A DNA stretch of 64,000 bases from Luteolibacter sp. (GTDB lineage: Bacteria > Verrucomicrobiota > Verrucomicrobiia > Verrucomicrobiales > Akkermansiaceae), in the NCBI GenBank assembly GCA_030828305.1, contig JAURCU010000001.1, forward strand, positions 2,820 to 66,819, read 5' to 3'. Positions 1 through 9,306 of this stretch are shown in pieces (within the stretch, counting starts at the first letter, position 1; every line of letters starts with the position of its first letter). The notes under the pieces were generated by a model, which worked only from the letters and a program-made list of their open reading frames with translations, was not told the DNA's origin and ran no database searches. A program made the position numbers and the translations under genes.

Positions 1-276
1 CTGCCCGTCTCGGGTGCAGACATCCAGGACGAGAAGGTGCTGGGCACCTGCCATCTGGCGACCGGTCGCGATGACCATCTTGGTGGCGACATTCTGCCCA
101 GCATGTTCAAAAAGCACGAGAACTCGACCCACGACGACATTCTCTTTGCCCCACACAAGACCCCGAACTTCAACATTCGCGAGGTCCGCATGCAGCGTGG
201 CGATCAGCAAGAAGTGGTGATTGAGAACTTCCGCCCCTCGGCCTATGTGATGGATGCCTTGGCAGGTGGCCGCTAA
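1..276 (+). CDS. 3' end of a probable M29-like (thermophilic-type) aminopeptidase, cut by the window edge
   Basis: Frame is open from base 1 (LPVSGADIQDEKVLGTCHLATGRDDHLGG...). DEKVLGTxHxAxG resembles the C-terminal metal-binding motif of M29 aminopeptidases. Confidence 0.55.
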   Translation: MPVSGADIQDEKVLGTCHLATGRDDHLGGDILPSMFKKHENSTHDDILFAPHKTPNFNIREVRMQRGDQQEVVIENFRPSAYVMDALAGGR

Positions 277-358
277 ATGTCCTGTCATTCTTTCTGGAGA
301 CAGTCTCCGCGTAAGTTGGGGCTGGCTAGGCGCGTAGTTTCTGGGTAATCCAAAAGCC

Positions 359-1648
359 ATGTCGTCCAGCCACTTCACCCGCTCCACCCGCCGCCAGGCC
401 ATCAAATCTCTGGCCACGCTCGCGACCATTCAGATCGTGCCCAGCCATGTATTGGGAAAAAATGGCCAAACGCCGCCCTCTGAAGTCCTCACCAAGGGTA
501 TCATCGGCTGCGGCAACATCAGCCGTTCCCAGCACCTCTCCATGCCCGGCAAGCTGCTCGCACTCTGCGACTGCGACTCTCAACACTTGGCCGAGGTCAC
601 CAAGATCGCCAGAGAAAAGAAGGGTGAGAAGGACTTCACGGGCTACAGCGACTGGCGCGAACTGATTGCGCGTGATGATATCGATATTGTCCACATCGCC
701 ACCCCACCCCACTGGCACGGCAAGATGGCGGTCGAGGCCGCAAAAGCCGGCAAGGATATCTGGTGCGAAAAACCCATGGCACGCACCATTGGCGAGGCCA
801 TGGCCATGGTGAAGGCTGTCGAGAAGCACGGGCGCATTTTCCGCGTCAACACTTGGTTTCGTTTCCAGGGTGGTTTCTACGGTATGGGGGCACCGGTTTC
901 GATGATCAAGAAGGCCGTCATGAACGATATGCTCGGCTGGCCGCTCAAAGTGACTGTCTCAAAGCACACCGGCTTCGGCTGGAAACTCGGCATGTGGTCA
1001 GGCACTCCGGGGCTCAAACCGGAATCGGTTCCCGCCCATCTTGACTACGATATGTGGCTCGGGCCAGCGCCCAAGAAGCCTTACAACCATCTGCGTGTTC
1101 ACGACCGCTTCCGCGGCTACTGGGACTATGATGGTGGCGGGCTCGGCGACATGGGTCAGCACTACCTTGATCCGATTCAATACATACTTGGAAAAGACGG
1201 CGAGGCTCCGGTGTCCGTGGAGATCGATGCGGATCCGCAGGACAAGGAAGCCGTGGGCAAGTGGCGGCGTATTGAATTCACTTACGCTGACGGCTGCAAG
1301 ATCGTCTGCGACGGCAATGACAGCCTTGAGGGTGCTGCTTTCATCCAAGGCCCCAAGGGCAAGATGATGAAACGCCTGCAAAGCGACATTGTCGACCTGG
1401 TCAAAAAGGTCAAGGACCTGCCCGAGCCTCCGGAACAGAACACTGACTTTCACCAATGTGTGCGAGAGCGAAAGAAATTCGCCCTCAACGAACAAAACGC
1501 CTTCTGGTCCTCAACCATGGTGAACATGGGCATCACCGCCCATCGCCTGAACAAGAATCTCCAGTTCAATTCCAAGACCCTGAAATTTGACGATGAGCAA
1601 GCCAATGGCCTGATCAACCAGCCAATGCGCGAGCCTTGGCAAATCTGA
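359..1648 (+). CDS. Gfo/Idh/MocA family NAD(P)-dependent oxidoreductase with Tat-like signal
   Basis: GIIGCGNI Rossmann motif, DIVHIATPPHWH, CEKP, GGGLGDMGQHYLD. N-terminal RRQAIK twin-arginine followed by a hydrophobic stretch. Confidence 0.9.
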   Translation: MSSSHFTRSTRRQAIKSLATLATIQIVPSHVLGKNGQTPPSEVLTKGIIGCGNISRSQHLSMPGKLLALCDCDSQHLAEVTKIAREKKGEKDFTGYSDWRELIARDDIDIVHIATPPHWHGKMAVEAAKAGKDIWCEKPMARTIGEAMAMVKAVEKHGRIFRVNTWFRFQGGFYGMGAPVSMIKKAVMNDMLGWPLKVTVSKHTGFGWKLGMWSGTPGLKPESVPAHLDYDMWLGPAPKKPYNHLRVHDRFRGYWDYDGGGLGDMGQHYLDPIQYILGKDGEAPVSVEIDADPQDKEAVGKWRRIEFTYADGCKIVCDGNDSLEGAAFIQGPKGKMMKRLQSDIVDLVKKVKDLPEPPEQNTDFHQCVRERKKFALNEQNAFWSSTMVNMGITAHRLNKNLQFNSKTLKFDDEQANGLINQPMREPWQI

Positions 1649-1669
1649 CAGCCTGTATAAGGTCGCCGC

Positions 1670-2746
1670 ATGTCTTCACCCATTCGCATTCTCTGTGTCG
1701 GCGCCGGCCACATGGGCCGCTCCCACGCCCTGGCCTACCACAGTCTTGGTGGCTTCGAAATCTGCGGCATCGTCACCCGATCGCCAGGCAGCCGGGCCAA
1801 ACTCAACGAGGAGCTGGGCGGGGGCTACGCCGAGTTCGGTGACTACTACGACGCACTTGAGCAGACCAAGCCCGACGCCGTCTCCATCTCGACCTATCCG
1901 GACACTCACGCCGACTATGCCGAGGCCGCCTTCGAGGCCGGCTGCCACGTCTTCATTGAGAAACCCCTCGCAGAGACCGTGCAAGCGGCCCAGCGCATCG
2001 TCGACAAGGCCAAGGCCACCGGCCTCAAGCTGGTGATCGGATACATCCTGCGCCACCACCCCAGCTGGATCAAATTCATCGAAATGTCCCACGACCTCGG
2101 CAAACCACTGGTCATGCGCATGAACCTCAACCAGCAGAGTTCGGGCGACAACTGGATCACCCACAAGAACCTGATGAGTTCCATTTCACCCATCGTCGAC
2201 TGCGGCGTGCACTACGTCGATGTGATGTGCCAGATGACACGCTCCAAGCCGTTGCGTGTATCGGGCATTGGCGCCCGCCTCTCTGACGAGCTCCCCGAGG
2301 GCAAGATCAACTATGGCGCGCTGCAGGTAACCTTCCAAGACGGATCCGTTGGCTGGTACGAGGCTGGGTGGGGTCCGATGATGAGTGAGGTTGCCTTTTT
2401 CGTAAAAGACGTAGTCGGACCCAAGGGTTGCCTGTCGATCGTTGCCGAAAAAGCGGGCGCCGAAGGCCAAAGTGCCAACGTCGACGCCCACACCCAGACC
2501 CAGGCCCTGCGCCTGCATCACTCGGAACTCAATAGCGATGGCGAGTTTACCAAGGCAGACGACACCATCCGCCTCGACGACGAACCCGACCACGACGAAC
2601 TCTGCCACCGCGAGCAGGAGTTCTTCCTGAAGGCCATCCTCGAGAACGACGATCTTACCGACCATATGGACGACGCCATCAACTCGATGCGCATCGTTGC
2701 TGCCGCCGACGAAAGCTTTCGCACCGGCAAGACCATTGACCTCTGA
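1670..2746 (+). CDS. Gfo/Idh/MocA family oxidoreductase (cytoplasmic)
   Basis: ILCVGAGHMG, HVFIEKP, DCGVHYVD. No signal peptide. Confidence 0.9.
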   Translation: MSSPIRILCVGAGHMGRSHALAYHSLGGFEICGIVTRSPGSRAKLNEELGGGYAEFGDYYDALEQTKPDAVSISTYPDTHADYAEAAFEAGCHVFIEKPLAETVQAAQRIVDKAKATGLKLVIGYILRHHPSWIKFIEMSHDLGKPLVMRMNLNQQSSGDNWITHKNLMSSISPIVDCGVHYVDVMCQMTRSKPLRVSGIGARLSDELPEGKINYGALQVTFQDGSVGWYEAGWGPMMSEVAFFVKDVVGPKGCLSIVAEKAGAEGQSANVDAHTQTQALRLHHSELNSDGEFTKADDTIRLDDEPDHDELCHREQEFFLKAILENDDLTDHMDDAINSMRIVAAADESFRTGKTIDL

Positions 2747-2751
2747 CCCTC

Positions 2752-3990
2752 ATGAAAATCATCGTAATTCTCTGCTCCATCGCACTCGCCTCTACCGCTA
2801 TCGCCAGAGAGCTGGAGTTCATCTCTCTATTCAACGGCAAGGATCTCACCGGTTGGGAGGGTGAAGGCTACAAAGTCGAAGACGGCGCCATCGTCTGCAC
2901 CCCCAAAGGCAAAAACCTCTTCACCGAGGCCACTTACGCCAACTACGTCCTGGAACTCGAATTCAGGCTGCCACCTGCCGGCAACAACGGCTTGGGAATC
3001 CACTACCCGGGGGAGGGCAACGGCGCTTACACCGGCATGGAGATCCAAACCTTGGACAATACCGGCAAGAAGTATCAGGGAAAACTAAAAGACTACCAGT
3101 GGCACGGCAGCCTCTACGAGCTCCAGCCGGCCAAACGTGAGGGTCTCAAGCCCGTCGGCGAATGGAACAAGCAGATCGTCACCATCAACGGCAAGGACGT
3201 GAAGGTGGAGCTCAACGGCATCACCATCCTCGAAGCCGACCTCGACGAACTCAATAAGACCCATCCGAAGCACCAGGGTGCCAAGCGTCGCAGCGGCCAC
3301 ATCGCCTTCCTAGGCCACGGCGATCCGGTTGCCTACCGCAACATCCGCATCGCTGAGACTGCCCCAGATTCAGCTATGTTTGAAACTGATTCAGGTTGGA
3401 AACCGCTCAAGAAACCGGGCTCCTTCAAAGGCTGGAAATACAGGGAAGGTATCACCAACTGGACCGATCACAACGGCATCATCAAGCACAACGGCCAAGG
3501 GGGTGAGATCAAAGACCTGTGGACCGAAGCCTCCTACAAGGACTTCACCCTGAGCTTTGACTGGCGTTGGTCGGGTCGCGGCAAGATGAAGATGCAACCT
3601 GTCGTCCAACCCGACGGAAGCCACAAGGGCAAAGCAGAGGTCGAGGAACTCGACAGCGGCGTCTACCTGCGCGGCGACTCCAAATCACAGGTCAATTTAT
3701 GGAACTGGACCATCGGTTCTGGTGAAGTCTACGGCTACCGAATGGACAAGAAAATGCCACCTGAAGTGAGGGCTGGCGTAACTTCCAAGATGAAAGCCGA
3801 CAAGCCCTTGGGTGAATGGAACCACATGGAAATCACCATGAAGGGCGACATCCTCCAAGTGAAACTCAACGCTCAGCACGTAATCGAGGACGCCAAGTTG
3901 CCGGGCGTGGCTCTAGAGGGCCCACTGGCCCTGCAAAGCCACGGCCAAGCCATCGACTTTGCCAACATCCTGATCAAGGAGCTGAAGTAG
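2752..3990 (+). CDS. Secreted protein with two DUF1080 (3-keto-disaccharide hydrolase family) domains
   Basis: Signal peptide; SLFNGKDLTGW, GNNG, EIQ, GEWN, GHIAFLGHG..VAYRNIRI; second copy with DSGVYLR, GEWN, LQSHG..IDFANI. Confidence 0.88.
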   Translation: MKIIVILCSIALASTAIARELEFISLFNGKDLTGWEGEGYKVEDGAIVCTPKGKNLFTEATYANYVLELEFRLPPAGNNGLGIHYPGEGNGAYTGMEIQTLDNTGKKYQGKLKDYQWHGSLYELQPAKREGLKPVGEWNKQIVTINGKDVKVELNGITILEADLDELNKTHPKHQGAKRRSGHIAFLGHGDPVAYRNIRIAETAPDSAMFETDSGWKPLKKPGSFKGWKYREGITNWTDHNGIIKHNGQGGEIKDLWTEASYKDFTLSFDWRWSGRGKMKMQPVVQPDGSHKGKAEVEELDSGVYLRGDSKSQVNLWNWTIGSGEVYGYRMDKKMPPEVRAGVTSKMKADKPLGEWNHMEITMKGDILQVKLNAQHVIEDAKLPGVALEGPLALQSHGQAIDFANILIKELK

Positions 3991-3998
3991 CTTTCTTC

Positions 3999-5210
3999 AT
4001 GAACTATCGTGAGGCCATCGAGTGGCTGTTTTCGACCCAACTGTTTGGCATCAAACTGGGCCTTGATGGCCCGCGACAACTGCTCAAGGAGTTCCTGGCC
4101 TTCCCCGATCACGGGGTAAAGGTGATCCACGTCGCCGGCACCAACGGCAAGGGAAGCACCTGTGCGATGATTGACTCGATCGCACGCGCAAGCGGATCAC
4201 GCAGTGGGCTGTTCACCTCGCCTCACCTGATCGACTACCGCGAACGCATACAGGTCAACGGCTGCCACATTCCCGAAGAGAACTGCTCGGCCATGCTCAG
4301 CGAACTGCGCGCCATCTGTGAAAAGTTCGAGACCCATCCGACCTTCTTTGAAATTACCCTGGCGCTGGCGATGCGCTGGTTTCGCCAGCAGCACTGCGAA
4401 CTCATCGTTCTTGAAACTGGCATGGGCGGCCGCCTCGACGCCACCACCGCAGTACCCGCCGACGTCTGCGTGATCACCCCCATCAGCATGGACCACGCCC
4501 AATGGCTGGGCGATACTCTCGCGACAATCGCCATGGAAAAGGCCGGCATCTTGGTTGCAGGCAAACCGGCGCTATCCTCACCGCAGCAGGCGGATGCTCA
4601 TGCGGTCATCGAGAAGGAAGCCAACGAGCGGCGCTCTCCGTTGACTTTCATCCACGAACCCCTGCTAGGCTACACCCCAGCCATTCCGGGAGAGCACCAA
4701 CGTTGGAACGCAGCACTCGCCGTGGAGGCCCTGCACTTGGCTGGCTTTCACCTCAATAGCGACATCATTCGCCAAGGCCTGAGCTCCGTTCGCTGGCCCG
4801 GCCGTTTCGAGCGCATTGACCGCAAGATCATCCTCGATGGTGCCCACAATCCACATGCCGCGACTTCCCTGGCCCAGACCTGGCGTGATCAATTCGGCAA
4901 CACCATGGCAACTCTCATTTTTGGCGCGGTGGCCAGCAAGGACATCGCGGGCATCCTCGAGCAACTTGCTCCCATCGCCCGCCGTATCCTCTTCTGCCCA
5001 GTCGACAGCCCACGGGCCACTCCATGTGAGGAGATGCGTTGCGCACTTCCCCCAGATGCACCTGAACACTCCATTCACGACACTCTGGAGACGGCACTGA
5101 AAGAAGCCCGCAAGCATGAGGAGCTCATCGTCATTACTGGCTCCCTGTTTCTGATTGGTCAGGCTCGCGCAATCTTCACCGAGGGAGATTATCAGGCCAG
5201 CAGCCAGTAA
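3999..5210 (+). CDS. folC: Folylpolyglutamate synthase / dihydrofolate synthase
   Basis: HVAGTNGKGS, FTSPHL, LETGMGGRLDAT, LDGAHNP. Start placed at ATG 3999 (MNYREAIEW); the longer ORF-track start overlaps the upstream gene. Confidence 0.93.
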   Translation: MNYREAIEWLFSTQLFGIKLGLDGPRQLLKEFLAFPDHGVKVIHVAGTNGKGSTCAMIDSIARASGSRSGLFTSPHLIDYRERIQVNGCHIPEENCSAMLSELRAICEKFETHPTFFEITLALAMRWFRQQHCELIVLETGMGGRLDATTAVPADVCVITPISMDHAQWLGDTLATIAMEKAGILVAGKPALSSPQQADAHAVIEKEANERRSPLTFIHEPLLGYTPAIPGEHQRWNAALAVEALHLAGFHLNSDIIRQGLSSVRWPGRFERIDRKIILDGAHNPHAATSLAQTWRDQFGNTMATLIFGAVASKDIAGILEQLAPIARRILFCPVDSPRATPCEEMRCALPPDAPEHSIHDTLETALKEARKHEELIVITGSLFLIGQARAIFTEGDYQASSQ

Positions 5211-5229
5211 GAAGGCAGGGGCCGCGAAC

Positions 5230-6033
5230 TTAATCCGCAGATTGGATCTTGAGAAAGTGTTCGGCACCCTCGATCTCCAAATCGTTCCAGTTCGGCTTCC
5301 ACTGCCTCATCACCAATGACAGCGAGGCGATGCTATGGTCGCTTGGCGCGGCACCCCTCAGCTCTTCGAGGACGGCCGTGGGATCGAGCAGGTTGAGCTT
5401 GTTGGCGTGGTAGCCGCCACGGATATCGATATGCTCGGATTCGCGTATTTCAAAGTGCAGGTGAGCGGGATAGTGGTCATTGGCAGTGCCGTTGGTGCCA
5501 ATGACTTGAGCGCGCGCGACCAATGCCTGCAGCGGCACATGCATCCGGTCAAGGTGCGCATACATGGAATGCAGAAGACGCCCATCCGGGGTGCGGTGTG
5601 CAATGATGAGGACATTACCCCATGCCGGGGAGGGCTCACCGGCGTATACGACCAAGCCATCCCCAACCGCATAAACGGGATCACCCAAATCGGTATTCAT
5701 GCCGCCGATGCCATTGAGATCATCACCCGCATGGTGGCCGCCGCGCTTCTCATTCATCTCCCAGAATGCCTGGGCCTTGTAGGTGAGGTGCCCCATGGGG
5801 GGGTCGAATCGGGTTGCGAGCGGGATCTGTGCCATCTCCCAAGCCGTAGGGAATTCAAAGCGATGGTCGACAACACCGTCCTCCGGCATCAGCAGCGGTG
5901 GATCCGAGCCCTGAAAGCCGATGCGTTTGACCTCGGCCAGATCCTTGTTCTGGCTGTTTAGAACCCAGATCACGATTCCCAGTCCTGCCAGTAGGATGAT
6001 GGCGAGGCGCGCTTGTACAGGAATATTCATCAT
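5230..6033 (-). CDS. M23 family metallopeptidase (LytM domain) with N-terminal membrane anchor
   Basis: HAGDDL, PVYAVGDGLV, GNVLIIAH, YAHL, HLHFEIR. Start placed at MMNIPVQ, just before the hydrophobic segment. Confidence 0.85.
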   Translation of the reverse strand: MMNIPVQARLAIILLAGLGIVIWVLNSQNKDLAEVKRIGFQGSDPPLLMPEDGVVDHRFEFPTAWEMAQIPLATRFDPPMGHLTYKAQAFWEMNEKRGGHHAGDDLNGIGGMNTDLGDPVYAVGDGLVVYAGEPSPAWGNVLIIAHRTPDGRLLHSMYAHLDRMHVPLQALVARAQVIGTNGTANDHYPAHLHFEIRESEHIDIRGGYHANKLNLLDPTAVLEELRGAAPSDHSIASLSLVMRQWKPNWNDLEIEGAEHFLKIQSAD

Positions 6034-6174
6034 GGGGCGGCAAATTCTAGCGACTGAATCCCCCGGCCTGCAAGCCATGGCATCATCAAAGGACTGGCGG
6101 TATTCGCCTAGACGAGTCAGCCTGCAAGTCGAAGATAGATTGTCTTCCAACCACCGCGTATTGCTCAACCACCC

Positions 6175-7140
6175 ATGAAATGTCTCATTTCCTACCTGAC
6201 CATCCTGCTTGCACCACTGCTTCAGGCTGAACTCATCTGGACCGATCCCGAAAAAGCAGCCATCGAAAACCCAGCCTTCCTCACCCAAGGTGAATATCAC
6301 AGGCAAGGAGCCGCCTACGGGGTCCAGGTAGTGGATCTGGGTGACAGTAAGTTCGACGCTTACGTGCTCGAGGGCGGACTCCCGGGTGCTGGCTGGGAGC
6401 CAGGCCAGTCGCGTAAGCGCATCGCAGGAGCCGTCTCCGAGACGGGCAATATCGAATTCATCGCCGGCAAGAATAGAATCTCCATCCAAAAGCAGGAACT
6501 CACTCTCCAGTTGGAAGGCAAGCAGGTCCTAAGCTTGCCGCGTATTGAGCGCAAGTCCCCCACTCTCGGCGCCAAGCCCCCAAAGGGAGCGGTGGTGCTT
6601 TTCGATGGCACATCCGCTGATGGCTGGAAAAAAGGCGTAATGGAAAATGGTCTGCTTAAAGCAAACCACTCGATGAGCAAGGAGACGTTCAAGAGCTATC
6701 AGGCTCACATCGAATTCCGCACGCCCTACAAACCCGGTGCCCGCGGTCAGAAGCGCGGCAACAGCGGCATCTACCATCACGGCCGCTGGGAAACCCAGGT
6801 GCTCGACTCTTTTGGCCTGGAAGGACAGCAGAACGAATGCGGCGGTATATACTCGATCACCAAACCCAAGCTCAACATGTGTCTGCCCCCACTCAGCTGG
6901 CAGACCTACGACGTCGACTTCACCGCCGCCAAGTTTGACGCCGAAGGCAATCGCACTGCCTGGCCACGCATTACCGTGCGCCTCAACGGCGTGCTCATCC
7001 ACGATGACATCGAGCTAAACAAGGACTTCACCGCCGCCGCTCCCATCCGAGGCCCGATCAAGAACGAGGGCGGCCCCATGTTCCTGCAGGACCACCAGAA
7101 TCCGGTCTATTTCCGCAATATCTGGGTGCTGCCGAAGTAA
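6175..7140 (+). CDS. Secreted DUF1080 domain protein
   Basis: Signal peptide; VVLFDG, GNSGIY, EXQVLDS-like ETQVLDS, WQTYD, LQDH..PVYFRNIW. Confidence 0.85.
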   Translation: MKCLISYLTILLAPLLQAELIWTDPEKAAIENPAFLTQGEYHRQGAAYGVQVVDLGDSKFDAYVLEGGLPGAGWEPGQSRKRIAGAVSETGNIEFIAGKNRISIQKQELTLQLEGKQVLSLPRIERKSPTLGAKPPKGAVVLFDGTSADGWKKGVMENGLLKANHSMSKETFKSYQAHIEFRTPYKPGARGQKRGNSGIYHHGRWETQVLDSFGLEGQQNECGGIYSITKPKLNMCLPPLSWQTYDVDFTAAKFDAEGNRTAWPRITVRLNGVLIHDDIELNKDFTAAAPIRGPIKNEGGPMFLQDHQNPVYFRNIWVLPK

Positions 7141-7213
7141 GCTGCTTTTCCGCCTTTGACATTCGGCTCAGGGGTGGGCAGGTTGCCCGCAAATCAAAGC
7201 AACCCCCTAATTA

Positions 7214-8596
7214 ATGGCCTACGATCTCATTGTCATCGGAGGCGGCCCAGCCGGCTACGTCGCCGCCATTCGCGCCGCCCAACTCGGTAAAAAAGTCGCC
7301 TGCGTCGAGAACGACCGTGCTGGTGGCACCTGTCTGAACTGGGGCTGTATCCCGACCAAGGCTCTCCTCAAGAACGCAGAGCTCTACCACACGCTCACCC
7401 ACAAGGCCGGCGAGTTCGGTTTCAGCATCGATGGCCTCTCCTACGACTGGGCCTCGGTGATCCAGCGCTCACGCAAGGTTTCAGAAAGACTGGCCGGAGG
7501 CATCGAATTCCTCTTCAAGAAGAACCAGGTCGACTACATCCGCGGTTACGGCTCGATTGAAGGCACCGGCAAAGTTGGCGTACAAGCCACGGACGGCTCC
7601 ACCCAAAGCCTCGAAACCAGGGAAATCATGATCGCCACTGGCTGCAAATCTCGTGAGCTGCCTCCTCTGCCCTACAACGGCAAGTCGGTGATCAGCTCCA
7701 AGGAAGCCATGGTGCTAGACAGCCAGCCTGAGGAGATGATCATCATTGGTGCGGGTGCCATCGGCGTCGAGTTCGCCTACATCTACAATGCATTTGGCAC
7801 CAAAGTGACCATCGTTGAAATGCAGGATCGCCTTCTGCCCGTCGAAGATGACGAAGTTGGAGAAGCGCTCGAAAAGTCACTCACCAAGCAAGGTATCCGC
7901 TGCCTCACCAAAACCAAGATCAACGAGTTCAAGGATCACGGTGACCGTGTCGAACTGGCTGTGGAAGGCCCCAAGGAGAACGGCATCATCAGTGCCGAGA
8001 CCTGCTTGGTGGCCATCGGCATCTCACCGGTTCTTCCCGGCGGCGCCCAACCCGAACTTTGCGAGCGCGGCTTCGTGAAGGTCGGGGATCGATACGAGAC
8101 CTCCATCCCCGGCGTCTACGCGGTGGGCGATATCATCGGGCCCCCGTGGCTTGCTCACACTGCCTCTTTCGAAGCCATTCAGGCCGTCGAGGGCCTCTAC
8201 GTGGAGGGTTCCACCCCACGTAAAGTCGGCAACTTCCCCGGCTGCACCTACTGCCACCCGCAGGTTGCATCGGTCGGCAAGACCGAGCGTGCGCTCCAGG
8301 AGCAAGGCATCGAATACACCGTCGGCAAGATTCCCTTCATGGCCATCGGCAAGGCCATTGCCGCAGGCGAGGCGGACGGTTTCGCCAAGCTACTCTACGG
8401 CAAGAAGCACGGCGAACTTCTGGGTGCCCACATCATCGGTGACAACGCCACCGAACTCATCGCCGAGATGGGCTTGGCCCTCGACCAGGAACTAACTGCT
8501 CAGGAGATCCACTCCACCATCCACGCACACCCGACCATGTCGGAGGTGATCCACGAAGCGACGTTGGCCGCAGAAGGCCATGCGATTCACTTCTGA
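7214..8596 (+). CDS. lpdA: Dihydrolipoyl dehydrogenase
   Basis: GGGPAGY FAD motif, GGTCLNWGCIPTK redox disulfide, IIGAGAIG, C-terminal HAHPTMSE. Confidence 0.96.
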   Translation: MAYDLIVIGGGPAGYVAAIRAAQLGKKVACVENDRAGGTCLNWGCIPTKALLKNAELYHTLTHKAGEFGFSIDGLSYDWASVIQRSRKVSERLAGGIEFLFKKNQVDYIRGYGSIEGTGKVGVQATDGSTQSLETREIMIATGCKSRELPPLPYNGKSVISSKEAMVLDSQPEEMIIIGAGAIGVEFAYIYNAFGTKVTIVEMQDRLLPVEDDEVGEALEKSLTKQGIRCLTKTKINEFKDHGDRVELAVEGPKENGIISAETCLVAIGISPVLPGGAQPELCERGFVKVGDRYETSIPGVYAVGDIIGPPWLAHTASFEAIQAVEGLYVEGSTPRKVGNFPGCTYCHPQVASVGKTERALQEQGIEYTVGKIPFMAIGKAIAAGEADGFAKLLYGKKHGELLGAHIIGDNATELIAEMGLALDQELTAQEIHSTIHAHPTMSEVIHEATLAAEGHAIHF

Positions 8597-8619
8597 TCCA
8601 AGGATTCGCAATCTCACCT

Positions 8620-8665
8620 ATCCCTGCAGGCCCCGGCCAGTGGGGATTTTTTGAGACCGGGCCTG
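8620..8665. terminator. Possible bidirectional hairpin between convergent lpdA and usp
   Basis: Imperfect inverted repeats (CAGGCCCCGG...CCGGGCCTG; ATCCC...GGGAT) with a T6 run at about 8647-8652. Confidence 0.3.
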
Positions 8666-8666
8666 A

Positions 8667-9119
8667 CTAATCTTCGGGAGCTGCTGGCACCACAAGTGTG
8701 GGAACCTTCGCACGGCGAACCATACCCTCGGCCACGCTGCCGAGGAGCAAGGAGGCAATGGCCCCATGGCCGTGCGAGCCCAGCACCAGAAGATCAGCCT
8801 CGCTCTCTGCAACGTAATCCTCGATGCAGCGAAGCGGGCTTCCCTCCGCGATATGGACAGATGCATCTGGATTGCCCATCGAGATCTCCTTGGCCATCTC
8901 ATTCAGCTTTTCGCAGGCAAGCCGCTTGGCCTCTCTCTGGTATTCATGCATGCCGGGAAATTCGGCAGGAGTAAGGCCATAGGCAGCGTAGCTCGGCTCG
9001 GGTTCGATCACGTGGATGAGACGCAATTGCGCACCATGACAGCGGGCGTGAATTCCAGCCTGTCGAAGGACTTCGGGAGTGGCATTTGAAAAATCGACAG
9101 CAACAACAATTGATTTCAT
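8667..9119 (-). CDS. Universal stress protein (UspA family)
   Basis: MKSIVVAVDFS and ADLLVLGSHGHG...LLGSVAEGMVRRAKVPTLVVP. Confidence 0.92.
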   Translation of the reverse strand: MKSIVVAVDFSNATPEVLRQAGIHARCHGAQLRLIHVIEPEPSYAAYGLTPAEFPGMHEYQREAKRLACEKLNEMAKEISMGNPDASVHIAEGSPLRCIEDYVAESEADLLVLGSHGHGAIASLLLGSVAEGMVRRAKVPTLVVPAAPED

Positions 9120-9306
9120 GGCACTACAACCCAACCAAGTCTCGGAGCTTTAGGCAATGCAGCATTTGACCAGAATTCAGCAATTCAACCACCGTATGGC
9201 GTGAATCACGCCGGTCGTGGTAATACAAATTGCAATAAAAAGTCCCATTTGATAGTATGGGAAAAATCAACTGGGCTACTCCACAGCCTGTTCCTTCCAC
9301 GCCCCA

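Noticed and set aside
3816-3998. 5' extensions given by the ORF track for folC (and likewise tyrS, rnc, secY, rpsM, DUF1501, the pseudokinase)
   Set aside because: They overlap neighbouring genes or tRNA-His and lack homology-like sequence; conserved N-termini begin at downstream starts.
6034-6489. Apparent 150 aa N-terminal extension of the M23 peptidase
   Set aside because: It overlaps the DUF1080 gene on the opposite strand and precedes a natural Met + TM start.
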